Numbered from the stretch's first letter, positions 39,910 to 49,725 are shown. The stretch is DNA of 59,349 bases from Cetobacterium sp. (GCA_051652625.1 JBOFUO010000004.1:1-59349), one strand, 5' to 3'. The notes: generated by a model from the sequence alone, not told the origin. A program made the numbers and translations.

Positions 39910-41196
39910 ATGGAAAAATTGTTTCAATTAAAAGAACACGGAACAACAGTAAGACAAGAAATAATAGCAGGTGTGACAACATTTTTAACAATGGCATATA
40001 TTATTTTTGTTAACCCATCTATTTTATCAATAACTGGAATGGACAAAGGTGCACTAATTACAGTAACATGCTTAGCATCAGCAATAGGAACAGCAATAAC
40101 AGCGTTTTGGGTGAATGCTCCTCTAGCAATGGCACCTGGAATGGGATTAAATGCCTTCTTTACTTTTACTTTAGTTTTAGGTAATGGAGCTACATGGGAA
40201 CAAGCTCTAGGAGTAGTTTTTATATCAGGAGTAATATTTTTAGCTTTGACATTTTCAGGATTAAGAGAGAAAATAATTGATGCAATACCATCAGAAATAA
40301 GATTAGCAGTAGGAGCAGGTATTGGATTATTTATAGCTTTTATAGGAATGCAAGGAATGGGATTGATTGTTACTAATCCAGCAACAGTTGTAGGATTAGG
40401 AAAGTTTAATATAAATGTTGTATTAGGTTTAGTAGGATTTGCAATTATGGGATTCTTAGAAATGAAAAAAATTAAAGGTGGAATATTAATAGGAATTGTT
40501 TCGACAACAGTTTTAGGAATTTTATTTGGAGCAGTTGAATTACCAACACAAATAATGTCAATGCCACCAAGCCCAGCACCGATAGCATTAAAACTTGATA
40601 TTTTAGGGGCAATAAAACCAATGTTTTTAGGTTCGATTTTCTCATTCATGTTTGTAGATTTATTTGATTCTCTAGGAACAATAATGGCTTGTGCTCATGA
40701 AGCTGAGATGATAGATGAAAAAGGTAAAATTAAAAATGTAAGTAAAATATTAGAAGCCGATGCAGTTGCAACAGTAATAGGTTCTTTATTAGGGACTTCA
40801 ACAACAACAACATTTGTTGAATCAGCATCAGGAATTGCAGTTGGAGGTAGAACAGGATTGACAGCATTGACAACAGCTGTATTGTTTGCAGTTTCATTAT
40901 TCTTCTCACCAATAATAGGAATTGTACCAGCTTTTGCAACAGCACCAGCACTTATATTAGTTGGAGTATATATGTTTAAAAATTTATTAGACATAGATTT
41001 CCATAACATAGAAGTAGCAATCCCTTGTTTCTTAATAATAATAATGATGCCTTTGACTTATAGTATTTCAATAGGAATTTCATTTGGATTTATTTCTTAT
41101 ATACTTGTTTGTTTATTTAATGGAAAAATGAGTCATGTAAAACCAATAATGTGGGCAATAGGATTTTTCTCACTTGTAGAGTTAATGTCTAAGTAA
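39910..41196 (+). CDS. NCS2/AzgA family guanine-hypoxanthine permease
   Basis: TTFLTMAYIIFVNP, APGMGLNAFF, ESASGIAVGGRTG, MPLTYSI. Confidence 0.94.
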   Translation: MEKLFQLKEHGTTVRQEIIAGVTTFLTMAYIIFVNPSILSITGMDKGALITVTCLASAIGTAITAFWVNAPLAMAPGMGLNAFFTFTLVLGNGATWEQALGVVFISGVIFLALTFSGLREKIIDAIPSEIRLAVGAGIGLFIAFIGMQGMGLIVTNPATVVGLGKFNINVVLGLVGFAIMGFLEMKKIKGGILIGIVSTTVLGILFGAVELPTQIMSMPPSPAPIALKLDILGAIKPMFLGSIFSFMFVDLFDSLGTIMACAHEAEMIDEKGKIKNVSKILEADAVATVIGSLLGTSTTTTFVESASGIAVGGRTGLTALTTAVLFAVSLFFSPIIGIVPAFATAPALILVGVYMFKNLLDIDFHNIEVAIPCFLIIIMMPLTYSISIGISFGFISYILVCLFNGKMSHVKPIMWAIGFFSLVELMSK

Positions 41197-41200
41197 AATT

Positions 41201-41240
41201 AAAAAATGGAGTATCTTTTTTAAGATGCTCCATTTTTTTT
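41201..41240. terminator. Bidirectional terminator
   Basis: AAAAAATGGAGTATCTT / AAGATGCTCCATTTTTT between convergent genes. Confidence 0.85.
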
Positions 41241-41243
41241 AGA

Positions 41244-42503
41244 TTAAATTGTCTTTTTTAAAGAAATCTTTTCAAACTTTATGAACGAGCTTCCAATAAA
41301 AGCTAATATAGCAGGAACAATCCAAGGAAAACCAGCTTTAGCTAGGGGAATAAAATCTAAATTTATTTTTAAAGCTTCAGCAATACTTATAGCGAGTGTA
41401 ACTGCAACAACAACTTTAAAAGTAATATGATTTTTAATCTCAAAAATATTTAAGAGTATTAGAACAATTGTTATTGGATATAATATTACTAAAACAGGAA
41501 CTGATAAGCTAATGATATAATCTAGTCCTGCAACAGAAAGAACACCTGAAAAGATAGAAATTCCAATTGCCATTTTAGTATAAGAGATTTTAGTTAATTT
41601 AGAGAACCATTCACTTGCAAGAGCAACTAAACCTACAGAAGTAGTTAAACAAGCTGCAGCTACACAAACACCAAAAGCTACTTTACCAACATTTCCTAAA
41701 GTCATTTGTGCTAAAGTTAATGTAGTTTGAGCAGTAGTTAGTCCTGTTATACTACTAATTTGAGCTCCTAAATATATTAAACTTAAATATATAAATCCTA
41801 GTCCTATAGCAGCTATAAATCCAGCATTACTTAAAAATGATTTTTGTTCGTTTTTATCTGTTATTCCTTTTCCTTCTAAACCTCTGATTATAATAACACC
41901 AAATAGAACAGAAGCTAAAGCATCCATTGTTTGATATCCACTTATAAATCCAAATGAAAGAGGATTTCCATCTATAGTAGATGCAACAGGCGTTCCAAGG
42001 TCTCCTGTTATTCCTAATATAGTGATTAAAGATAATATAAGTAAAATTACAGGTGTTAAAAATTTACCTAAAATATCAGTAATACTAGATTCATTTAAAA
42101 CTAAGAACAAAGTAATTCCAAAGAAAATTAAAGAAGTAATTACAGCAATAATAGTAGGATTTGAATTTGGAAATAAAGGTAGTACTCCCATTTCAAAAGT
42201 TGTTGATCCTGTTCTTGGAATAGCAAATAAAGGACCGATTACTAAAATTAATATAGTAGAATAAAAAACATTAAATTTGTTAGAAACTTTATTAGCGAAC
42301 TCATCTAAACTTCCAACTTTAGTAAAAGCTAGAATACCAAGTAAAGGTAAACCAATTCCAGTTAGAAAAAATCCTAATCCAGCTTGAAACCATTCTTCAC
42401 CAACAGCTAAACCAACTGATGGTGGGAATAATAGATTACCAGCACCAAAAAACATTGAAAATAAAGCAAAACCTAAAATCAAAATCTCTTTCTTTTTGTT
42501 CAT
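41244..42503 (-). CDS. brnQ: Branched-chain amino acid:cation symporter (LIVCS), copy 1
   Basis: LFSMFFGAGNLLFPP, GPLFAIPRT, GYQTMDALAS, ACLTTSVGL; ATG 42503 after GGAGG. Confidence 0.93.
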   Translation of the reverse strand: MNKKKEILILGFALFSMFFGAGNLLFPPSVGLAVGEEWFQAGLGFFLTGIGLPLLGILAFTKVGSLDEFANKVSNKFNVFYSTILILVIGPLFAIPRTGSTTFEMGVLPLFPNSNPTIIAVITSLIFFGITLFLVLNESSITDILGKFLTPVILLILSLITILGITGDLGTPVASTIDGNPLSFGFISGYQTMDALASVLFGVIIIRGLEGKGITDKNEQKSFLSNAGFIAAIGLGFIYLSLIYLGAQISSITGLTTAQTTLTLAQMTLGNVGKVAFGVCVAAACLTTSVGLVALASEWFSKLTKISYTKMAIGISIFSGVLSVAGLDYIISLSVPVLVILYPITIVLILLNIFEIKNHITFKVVVAVTLAISIAEALKINLDFIPLAKAGFPWIVPAILAFIGSSFIKFEKISLKKTI

Positions 42504-42658
42504 TGTGACCTCCAAATTTTTAGTATAATAGTATTAAAAAAATATATATGTTTAATTTATTAGGAAAATTGTATCAAAAAAATAAAATAAAATCAAGTTT
42601 TAATATCTTATTTAAAGTATAAGTGTACTGAAAATTTAGTACATAGAACAAAAATAAT

Positions 42659-42712
42659 GTATTTGAAGATTATAAACCCTTTATTTGTAAAGGGTTTATA
42701 ATCTTCAAATAC
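42659..42712. repeat. 25-bp perfect inverted repeat (4-nt loop) between divergent genes
   Basis: GTATTTGAAGATTATAAACCCTTTA-tttg-TAAAGGGTTTATAATCTTCAAATAC. Confidence 0.95.
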
Positions 42713-42804
42713 GAACAAAAAAATAAAAAAATTGTTATCTACTAAAGAAAAATAATAAATGTTAGAATTAATTATAAATAAAAAGTAGAAATAAGGAGGG
42801 TTTT

Positions 42805-44154
42805 ATGAACTTAATAAAAACGATAATTAATTTAGTGAATTCAATTTTATGGGAAAAAAATATATTAGTAGTTTTACTAATTGGAATGTCAATCTATGCA
42901 ACGTATAGAACAAGATTTATGCAAGTTAGATTATTAAAAGAGATGTTTAAGGTGTTAAAAGGAGATGACAGTGAAGTAGAAGGAATAACTTCTTTAGAAG
43001 CCTTTTATTTAGGAACTGCCTGCAGAGTAGGAGCAGGAAATATAGCTGGAGTTGTAGCGGCAATTTCTATAGGAGGTCCGGGATCGCTATTTTGGATGTG
43101 GATGGTAGCCCTTTTAGGAGCTTCAACATCGTTTGTAGAATCAGTTTTAGCTGTTATATACCGTGAAAAAACAGAAAATGGAACTTACAAAGGTGGAACA
43201 CCTTGGATAATAAAAAATAGATTAAATAAAAAATGGTTAGGAATAGCTTATGCAGCGGCATCATTACTTTGTTATGCAGGGGTTATTCAAGTTATGTCAA
43301 ATTCTGTAACAGAATCAGTTGTAGGAGCATATAAATTAAATCCTAAATTAATTGGAGCAGTTTTAACATTACTAGTAAGTTTAGCAATTTTTACAAAAGG
43401 AAAAAAAGATACAATTGTAGTAACTTTAAATAAAATTGTACCTGTTATGGCATTTACATATTTAGCAGTAGTTTTATATATATTAATAACTAATATAACT
43501 GGAATACCAGGTGTAATAACAAAAATATTTTCAGCGGCATTTGGAATAAAAGAATTTGCAGGTGGAGCTTTAGGTGGAGTTATAATGCAGGGTGTAAGAA
43601 GAGGATTGTTTTCTAATGAAGCTGGAAGTGGAAATGGAAACTATGCAGCAGCTTTAGCTGATGTTGATGATCCGGTTAAACAAGGAATGGTTCAATCTTT
43701 AAGTGTATTTGTAGACACGTTAATAATTTGCAGTGCAACAGCGTTTGTAATTTTATTAGCAGATTCAACAGCTTTAGAAGGAACAAGTGGAATGGTATTA
43801 TTCCAAGAAGCGTTAAGAAATCATATTGGATGGATAGGAATTCCATTTACAGTAGTTATATTATTCTTTTTCTCTTTCAGTACTATTTTAGGAGTAACTT
43901 TTTATGGGAAAAATGCATTAAGTTTTATAAGTGAAAAATCAAAATATAGTTTTATATATAATTTAATTGTAGTGATTATGGTTTATGTAGGAGCAATTCA
44001 ACAGAATTTCTTTGTTTGGTCTTTAGCAGATTTTGGACTAGGGATTATGACGGTTATAAATATTTTAACAATATCTCCACTTGTAGGAGAAGCAATTGTG
44101 TATTTAGAAAAATACGAAAAAAGAAAAAAAACGATTGTAAAATCAAATACATAA
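42805..44154 (+). CDS. Alanine/glycine:cation symporter (AGCS, AlsT-like)
   Basis: RVGAGNIAGV, GGPGSLFWMW, RRGLFSNEAGSG, FVDTLIICSAT. Confidence 0.93.
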   Translation: MNLIKTIINLVNSILWEKNILVVLLIGMSIYATYRTRFMQVRLLKEMFKVLKGDDSEVEGITSLEAFYLGTACRVGAGNIAGVVAAISIGGPGSLFWMWMVALLGASTSFVESVLAVIYREKTENGTYKGGTPWIIKNRLNKKWLGIAYAAASLLCYAGVIQVMSNSVTESVVGAYKLNPKLIGAVLTLLVSLAIFTKGKKDTIVVTLNKIVPVMAFTYLAVVLYILITNITGIPGVITKIFSAAFGIKEFAGGALGGVIMQGVRRGLFSNEAGSGNGNYAAALADVDDPVKQGMVQSLSVFVDTLIICSATAFVILLADSTALEGTSGMVLFQEALRNHIGWIGIPFTVVILFFFSFSTILGVTFYGKNALSFISEKSKYSFIYNLIVVIMVYVGAIQQNFFVWSLADFGLGIMTVINILTISPLVGEAIVYLEKYEKRKKTIVKSNT

Positions 44155-44175
44155 AAAATAGAACTAGGAGTAAAA

Positions 44176-45702
44176 ATGAAAACATTAAAAAATCAAAATA
44201 CAAAGAAAACATTAGTCGATAAATTTTTGAACATAGTTGAAAAAGGAGGAAACTCTTTACCAAATCCAGGAACTTTATTTGGAATATTAGCTTTATTAGT
44301 TGTAGTTATATCTGGAATAGGAGGGGTTTTAGGTTGGTCAGTTAGCTTTGTTGGCATAAATGGAAAAACATTAATGACAGAACAAATGACTATAGAAACA
44401 AATTCTCTTATGACAAAAGAAGGTGTTAATTATATATTCACTTCAATGGTAAAAAACTTCACAAATTTTGCTCCTTTAGGAACAGTATTGGTTGCAATGA
44501 TTGGAATAGGAATAGCAGAACGTTCAGGTTTAATATCAGCAATATTAAGAAAAGTTGCATTAGCTACACCTAAAAAAATGGTAACAATGATGGTTATATT
44601 TTTAGGAATTATGTCAAATGTAGCAGCGGATGCAGGATATGTTGTATTGCCTCCGTTGGCAGCTCTTATATTCATATCGTTTGGAAGGCATCCAGTGGCA
44701 GGTTTAGCAGCAGCTTTTGCAGGAGTTTCAGGAGGCTTTTCTGCTAATTTATTAGTAGGAGCACTAGATCCACTTTTAGGTGGAATTTCAACAGAAGCAG
44801 CAAAAATATTAGATCCAAGTTATATTGTATCTCCAAGTGCAAATTGGTATTTTATGATAGCATCAACATTTGTTATTACAATTTTAGGAACATTTGTTAA
44901 CTCTAAAATAGTAGAGCCAAGATTAGGTAAATATACAAGTGATGAAAAAATAGAATTAGAACAAATATCTTTAGAAGAGAAGAAGGCTTTAAGAGCAGCT
45001 GGGATAGCTCTGATTATAGTTTTAATAATCTTGATACCAATATACTTTGCATTAGGTAAGAACTTTTTATTCTCAGGGTTAGTTCCAGTTATAGTATTAT
45101 TCTTTGCTTTACCAGGATTAGCATATGGAAAATCGATAGGAACAATAAAAAATGATAGTGATGTAATGAATATGTTAACTAAATCAATTGAAGGAATGGC
45201 AGGTTATATAGTTTTGGTTTTCTTTGCTGCACAATTTATAGCATATTTTGGATATACAAATCTAGGAACTATTTTAGCAGTAAAAGGAGCAGATTTTCTA
45301 GAAAAAACAGGTGTTAATGGTATTCCATTAATAATTGGATTTATTTTAATAGTTGGTTTTTTAAATCTATTTATGGGTTCTGCATTGGCAAAATGGGCTA
45401 TTTTAGCACCAGTATTTGTACCAATGTTTATGAGAGTAGGGTATTCACCAGAATTTACACAACTAGCTTATAGAATTGGAGATTCAAGTACAAATATAAT
45501 TTCTCCATTAATGTCATATTTTGCAATGATAATTGTTTTTATGCAAAAATATGATAAAAAATCATCAATAGGAACATTAATATCAGTTATGTTGCCTTAT
45601 TCAATAGTTTTCTTGATAGGATGGTCAATATTTTTAGCAATTTGGATGATAAGTGGATTACCAATTGGCCCAGAAGTTAATATTTTATTGAAAGGACTTT
45701 AA
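44176..45702 (+). CDS. AbgT family transporter
   Basis: VEKGGNSLPNP, NFTNFAPLG, GVSGGFSAN, YRIGDSSTNIISP. Confidence 0.93.
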   Translation: MKTLKNQNTKKTLVDKFLNIVEKGGNSLPNPGTLFGILALLVVVISGIGGVLGWSVSFVGINGKTLMTEQMTIETNSLMTKEGVNYIFTSMVKNFTNFAPLGTVLVAMIGIGIAERSGLISAILRKVALATPKKMVTMMVIFLGIMSNVAADAGYVVLPPLAALIFISFGRHPVAGLAAAFAGVSGGFSANLLVGALDPLLGGISTEAAKILDPSYIVSPSANWYFMIASTFVITILGTFVNSKIVEPRLGKYTSDEKIELEQISLEEKKALRAAGIALIIVLIILIPIYFALGKNFLFSGLVPVIVLFFALPGLAYGKSIGTIKNDSDVMNMLTKSIEGMAGYIVLVFFAAQFIAYFGYTNLGTILAVKGADFLEKTGVNGIPLIIGFILIVGFLNLFMGSALAKWAILAPVFVPMFMRVGYSPEFTQLAYRIGDSSTNIISPLMSYFAMIIVFMQKYDKKSSIGTLISVMLPYSIVFLIGWSIFLAIWMISGLPIGPEVNILLKGL

Positions 45703-45778
45703 TATTCGGTTATAATTCCATAGATTTTTTTTTGAGATTAAGATATAATAATGTAAAGAAAAATGTGGGAGAAAGACA

Positions 45779-46621
45779 ATGAAGAAAATTAGAGTTACAG
45801 TTTCAGAAGATATTTGGAGACTTCTAAAAAAAGATTCAGAAGAGTTTGGTATTAATAATAACAAGCTATGTAATTATATTTTAGATAAATTTAAATATTC
45901 TAAAAAATTTGAAATTGATAGATTTATTGAACCACAAGGTCGACCTTTAAAAAAGGTTGTGCAATTTGATTTAAACGTTGCAAATAAAAGTATATACTAT
46001 GATATTTTAAAAGCAAATGATGTAGACATAGAGGCAGAATTCTTTAGAGAATTATTTGAAATATATTCTTCTCAATTTAAATATCAGAGAGAAATATTTA
46101 TATTTCAAGAAACATATAAATCAGTATTAGAAGCAATTAAAAATAAAGTAAAAATAAGAATTTTATATCTAGGAGAAAATTCAACAGTATCGCCATATTT
46201 TATAAAAAGAGAAGACCAAGGTGATGAAAATTTTATTTTTGTATATGATGATGAGAATAAAACATATAGAAATATAAAATTAAAGGATGCTATCATTTTA
46301 GGGACTTTAAATGATAAAATACAAATTAGAGATAAAAAGCTTATTGAAAATATGAGAAAGAATTTTGACCCGTTTTTAGGAGAAAGACTTTTAATAAAAG
46401 CAAAGTTTACTCAAATTGGAGAAAGTATGCTGAAAAGTTTTACAAACTACAAGCCTAAATTAATCAAAAAAGAAGATGATTTATATTTTTTTGAAATGAC
46501 TCTTGAAAATGCTAAGTTCTATTTTGCTTCTTTTTTAAAAGAGGTAAAAATAATAGAACCAGAAAAACTAAAACAAGAATTGAAAAAATCATTTTTGGAA
46601 GCATATAAAATTTATGAATAA
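45779..46621 (+). CDS. WYL-domain protein with N-terminal ribbon-helix-helix-like region
   Basis: N-terminal MKKIRVTVSEDIWRLLKKDSEEFGINNNKLCNYIL (RHH pattern); WYL-like core EAIKNKVKIRILY...VSPYFI...NFIFVYD...YRNIKLKD; WCX-like tail VKIIEPEKLKQEL. Confidence 0.75.
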   Translation: MKKIRVTVSEDIWRLLKKDSEEFGINNNKLCNYILDKFKYSKKFEIDRFIEPQGRPLKKVVQFDLNVANKSIYYDILKANDVDIEAEFFRELFEIYSSQFKYQREIFIFQETYKSVLEAIKNKVKIRILYLGENSTVSPYFIKREDQGDENFIFVYDDENKTYRNIKLKDAIILGTLNDKIQIRDKKLIENMRKNFDPFLGERLLIKAKFTQIGESMLKSFTNYKPKLIKKEDDLYFFEMTLENAKFYFASFLKEVKIIEPEKLKQELKKSFLEAYKIYE

Positions 46622-46693
46622 TAATATTTAAATGTTGAAAAATAAAAAATAAGATGCTATTATACTTTAAAATAAAAATTAATTACCATAAAT

Positions 46694-46728
46694 AAAAAAA
46701 CAATCTTTTAACTAAGGTTGTTTTTTTT
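46694..46728 (+). terminator. Terminator-like hairpin between the WYL gene and brnQ copy 2
   Basis: AAAAAAACAATCTT / AAGGTTGTTTTTTT. Confidence 0.65.
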
Positions 46729-46762
46729 ATTATAAAAAATAAAATTTATACAGGGAGGAACA

Positions 46763-47998
46763 ATGAACAAAAGTAAAGAGATTTTAGTTTTAGGACTAGC
46801 ATTATTTTCAATGTTTTTTGGGGCAGGAAATTTATTATTTCCACCTTCTTTAGGTGTACAGGTTGGAAGTAGTTGGATTTCAGCGGGAGTAGGATTTTTT
46901 ATAACAGGAGTAGGACTACCTTTATTAGGAATATTAGCATTTACAAAGTGTGGAACACTGGAACATTTTGCAGATAAAGTTTCACCAAAGTTTAATACAG
47001 CATATATAACAACATTGATATTGGTAATAGGACCATTGTTTGCTATTCCAAGAACAGGATCAACAACATTTGAGATGGGAGTTTTACCCTTAATTGGAAG
47101 TTTGGACCCTAAGATGATGACTATTGTCTGCTCAGTGCTATTTTTTAGCATAACATTATTTTTGGTTTTAAATGAATCGAAGGTAACCGATATTTTAGGA
47201 AAGTTTTTAACACCAATAATATTGATTATTTTAGCTTTAATAACATTAGTTGGAATTTTAAATCCTATTGGTGAAGCTGTTGTGAGTAGTATTGAAGGAA
47301 ACCAGTTTTCTTATGGTTTTGTAAGTGGTTATCAAACTATGGATGCTTTGGCTTCAGTATTATTTGGGGTAGTTATAATAAAAGGTTTAGAAATGAAAGG
47401 AATAAAAGATTCAAAAGAACAGAAAGTTTTTTTAACAGGAGCTGGATTGATATCGGCATTAGGCTTAGGATTGATTTACTTTAGCTTGATATACTTAGGT
47501 TCTCAGATTAGTTCAATGAGAGAACTTTCAACTGCACAAACAGCATTAAAAATTGCAGAACTTACTTTAGGAAATTCTGGGAAAGTAGCTTTTGGTGTAT
47601 GTGTTGCAGCAGCTTGTCTAACAACATCAGTTGGTTTAACAGCATTAGTGAGTGATTGGTTTTCAAAATTAATGGGAGTGTCATATAAAAAAATAGCTAT
47701 AATAACATGCTTATTTTCAGGGATTTTAGCAGTTGCAGGACTAGATTATATAATAGGTTTAGCTGTTCCAGTTTTAATTATACTATATCCAGTTACAATA
47801 GTATTAATTGTACTGAATATATTAGGAGTAGAAAACAAAAATTGTTTTGTGTTTTCATCGTTAGTAACTTTGATAGTAAGTACTTTAGAGTTGTTAAAAG
47901 TAGATTTATCAATAATTCCACTTGCTAGTTCGGGATTTGCTTGGATAATACCAGCCTTAATGGCATTTGGATTGGGAAAAATAATAAAAATAAAATAA
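46763..47998 (+). CDS. brnQ: Branched-chain amino acid:cation symporter (LIVCS), copy 2
   Basis: Same motifs as copy 1 (FSMFFGAGNLLFPP, GYQTMDALASVLFG). Confidence 0.93.
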   Translation: MNKSKEILVLGLALFSMFFGAGNLLFPPSLGVQVGSSWISAGVGFFITGVGLPLLGILAFTKCGTLEHFADKVSPKFNTAYITTLILVIGPLFAIPRTGSTTFEMGVLPLIGSLDPKMMTIVCSVLFFSITLFLVLNESKVTDILGKFLTPIILIILALITLVGILNPIGEAVVSSIEGNQFSYGFVSGYQTMDALASVLFGVVIIKGLEMKGIKDSKEQKVFLTGAGLISALGLGLIYFSLIYLGSQISSMRELSTAQTALKIAELTLGNSGKVAFGVCVAAACLTTSVGLTALVSDWFSKLMGVSYKKIAIITCLFSGILAVAGLDYIIGLAVPVLIILYPVTIVLIVLNILGVENKNCFVFSSLVTLIVSTLELLKVDLSIIPLASSGFAWIIPALMAFGLGKIIKIK

Positions 47999-48029
47999 AA
48001 ATTTGTATATATATACTTAAAAATGTCTT

Positions 48030-48064
48030 AAAAAACTCAATTGAAATTTGATTGAGTTTTTTTT
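48030..48064 (+). terminator. Terminator after brnQ copy 2
   Basis: AAAAACTCAAT..ATTGAGTTTTT plus T-run. Confidence 0.75.
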
Positions 48065-48137
48065 AATATTCACTTGTAAAAAAAGGGGAAAAGGTGTATA
48101 ATTCAAAACTGCATATAAAGAAATTTAGGAGGGAAAC

Positions 48138-48899
48138 GTGAAGGTTTATTTAACAAACAAAGAAACAACAGAACAAGTTCTTCTTTTAGGAGAAAACAAA
48201 GGGCATTACACATTTTCTAAAACAGTTTTACTGGGAGTTATGGGAGGAATATACATTGCCCTGTCAGCTTTAGGAAACTTAATAGCTAACTTTACGATAG
48301 GTGGTGGAGCAGGTAAATTCATAGGAGCTGCAGTTTTTCCTACAGGATTAATGCTAGTTGTTTTAGTTGGAGGTTCATTATTCACAGGAGATTGTTTAGG
48401 ATTATTAGCGTTTACAAAAGGAAAAGTTGAAAAAACAACATATATAAGTAATCTAAGTGCAGTTTGGTTAGGGAATTTTTTAGGTTCGATATTTATAGCC
48501 TATATGACTTACTTAGCAGGTAATTATTCTTCAGCAGAATTTTCTAAGTATGTTGTAGGAGTAGCTCAACATAAAGTTCATTTAACATTTGTAGAAGCTA
48601 TAGCAAGTGGATTTTTATGTAATATTTTAGTTGCTATTGCAGTTTGGTTTGCATTAGCTGCAAAAGATTTGGCAGGAAAAATTCTAGCGATTTGGTTCCC
48701 GATAATGCTATTCATTTTAGGAGGATTCCAGCACGTTGTAGCAAATATGTATTATTTAAGTATCGGAAAAATATTACTTCATTCAGCGTATTCACCAACA
48801 GAGATGGGAATACATTTTTTAGCTGTAACTATTGGAAACTTTATATCAGGAGCTTTATTTTTACCTTTAATCTATAAAAAACTATATATGAATGACTAA
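48138..48899 (+). CDS. Formate/nitrite transporter (FNT) family channel
   Basis: FPTGL, LFTGD, WLGNFLG, CNILVAIAVW, GFQHVVANM, TIGNFISG; GTG start after AGGAGG. Confidence 0.93.
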   Translation: MKVYLTNKETTEQVLLLGENKGHYTFSKTVLLGVMGGIYIALSALGNLIANFTIGGGAGKFIGAAVFPTGLMLVVLVGGSLFTGDCLGLLAFTKGKVEKTTYISNLSAVWLGNFLGSIFIAYMTYLAGNYSSAEFSKYVVGVAQHKVHLTFVEAIASGFLCNILVAIAVWFALAAKDLAGKILAIWFPIMLFILGGFQHVVANMYYLSIGKILLHSAYSPTEMGIHFLAVTIGNFISGALFLPLIYKKLYMND

Positions 48900-48900
48900 T

Positions 48901-48941
48901 AAAAAAGGAGTAGAAATTTTATTTTCTACTCCTTCGTTTTT
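48901..48941. terminator. Bidirectional terminator
   Basis: AAGGAGTAGAAA / TTTCTACTCCTT between convergent genes. Confidence 0.8.
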
Positions 48942-49715
48942 TTATTTTTTTCTATGAACAGTTCTACCATCAGCTTGATGATTAGGTGTAACTGTAATCT
49001 CTGTTAGTTGAACATTTTCAGAAAGTCCAGTAGCATAAACAACAACATCAGCAATATCAGCGGGAGTTAATGGAACGATTCCCTTATATATGCTGTTGGC
49101 TTTTTCAATGTCACCATCGAATCTAACCATGCTAAAGTCTGTCTCAACTAATCCTGGTTTTATATTAGTAACTTTAAGAGGAGTATCTATCAAATCGATT
49201 CTAAGACCATCTGAGAAAGCTTTAACTGCAGCTTTTGTAGCACAGTATATAGCACCACCAGCATAAGCAGAATCTCCAGCAACAGATCCAATATTAATTA
49301 TGTGTCCAGCTTTATGTTTCAGCATTAAAGGAACAACAGCACTAGTTACATATAACATACCTTTTACATTTGTATCAACAACAGTATCAATTTCAGTAGG
49401 AGTAGCTAAATAAGATTTTTCTAATCCTAAAGCTAAGCCGGCATTATTAATTAAAATATCAATTTTCTTAAAAGATTCAGGAAGAGTGTTTACTTTTTCT
49501 TCAACATCAAAACTTTTAGTAACATCCATAACTTGAGTATATATTTTAATACCATACTTTCTAATCAGTTCTTCTTTTAATGAATCAAGAAGATCTGAAC
49601 TTCTTGCTGTTAAAACTAAATTAGCACCTTTTTCTGCATAAGCAAAAGCACAACCTCTACCAATACCTTTTGTAGCACCCGTAATGAAAACTGTTTTACC
49701 ATATAACTTGTTCAT
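48942..49715 (-). CDS. SDR oxidoreductase (YdfG-like NADP-dependent 3-hydroxy acid dehydrogenase)
   Basis: TGATKGIG, NNAGLALG, YCATK, PGLVETDFSMVRF. Confidence 0.9.
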   Translation of the reverse strand: MNKLYGKTVFITGATKGIGRGCAFAYAEKGANLVLTARSSDLLDSLKEELIRKYGIKIYTQVMDVTKSFDVEEKVNTLPESFKKIDILINNAGLALGLEKSYLATPTEIDTVVDTNVKGMLYVTSAVVPLMLKHKAGHIINIGSVAGDSAYAGGAIYCATKAAVKAFSDGLRIDLIDTPLKVTNIKPGLVETDFSMVRFDGDIEKANSIYKGIVPLTPADIADVVVYATGLSENVQLTEITVTPNHQADGRTVHRKK

Positions 49716-49725
49716 AGAAACCCCC

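Noticed and set aside
39924-41009. Long antisense ORFs (241, 104 and 73 aa) inside the NCS2 permease
   Set aside because: Mirror frames of a hydrophobic membrane-protein gene (Ile/Pro/Asn/Lys-rich); the same pattern occurs opposite brnQ and abgT
45703-46762. CRISPR array or Cas13 locus near the WYL gene
   Set aside because: No regularly spaced direct repeats and no cas ORF anywhere in the window
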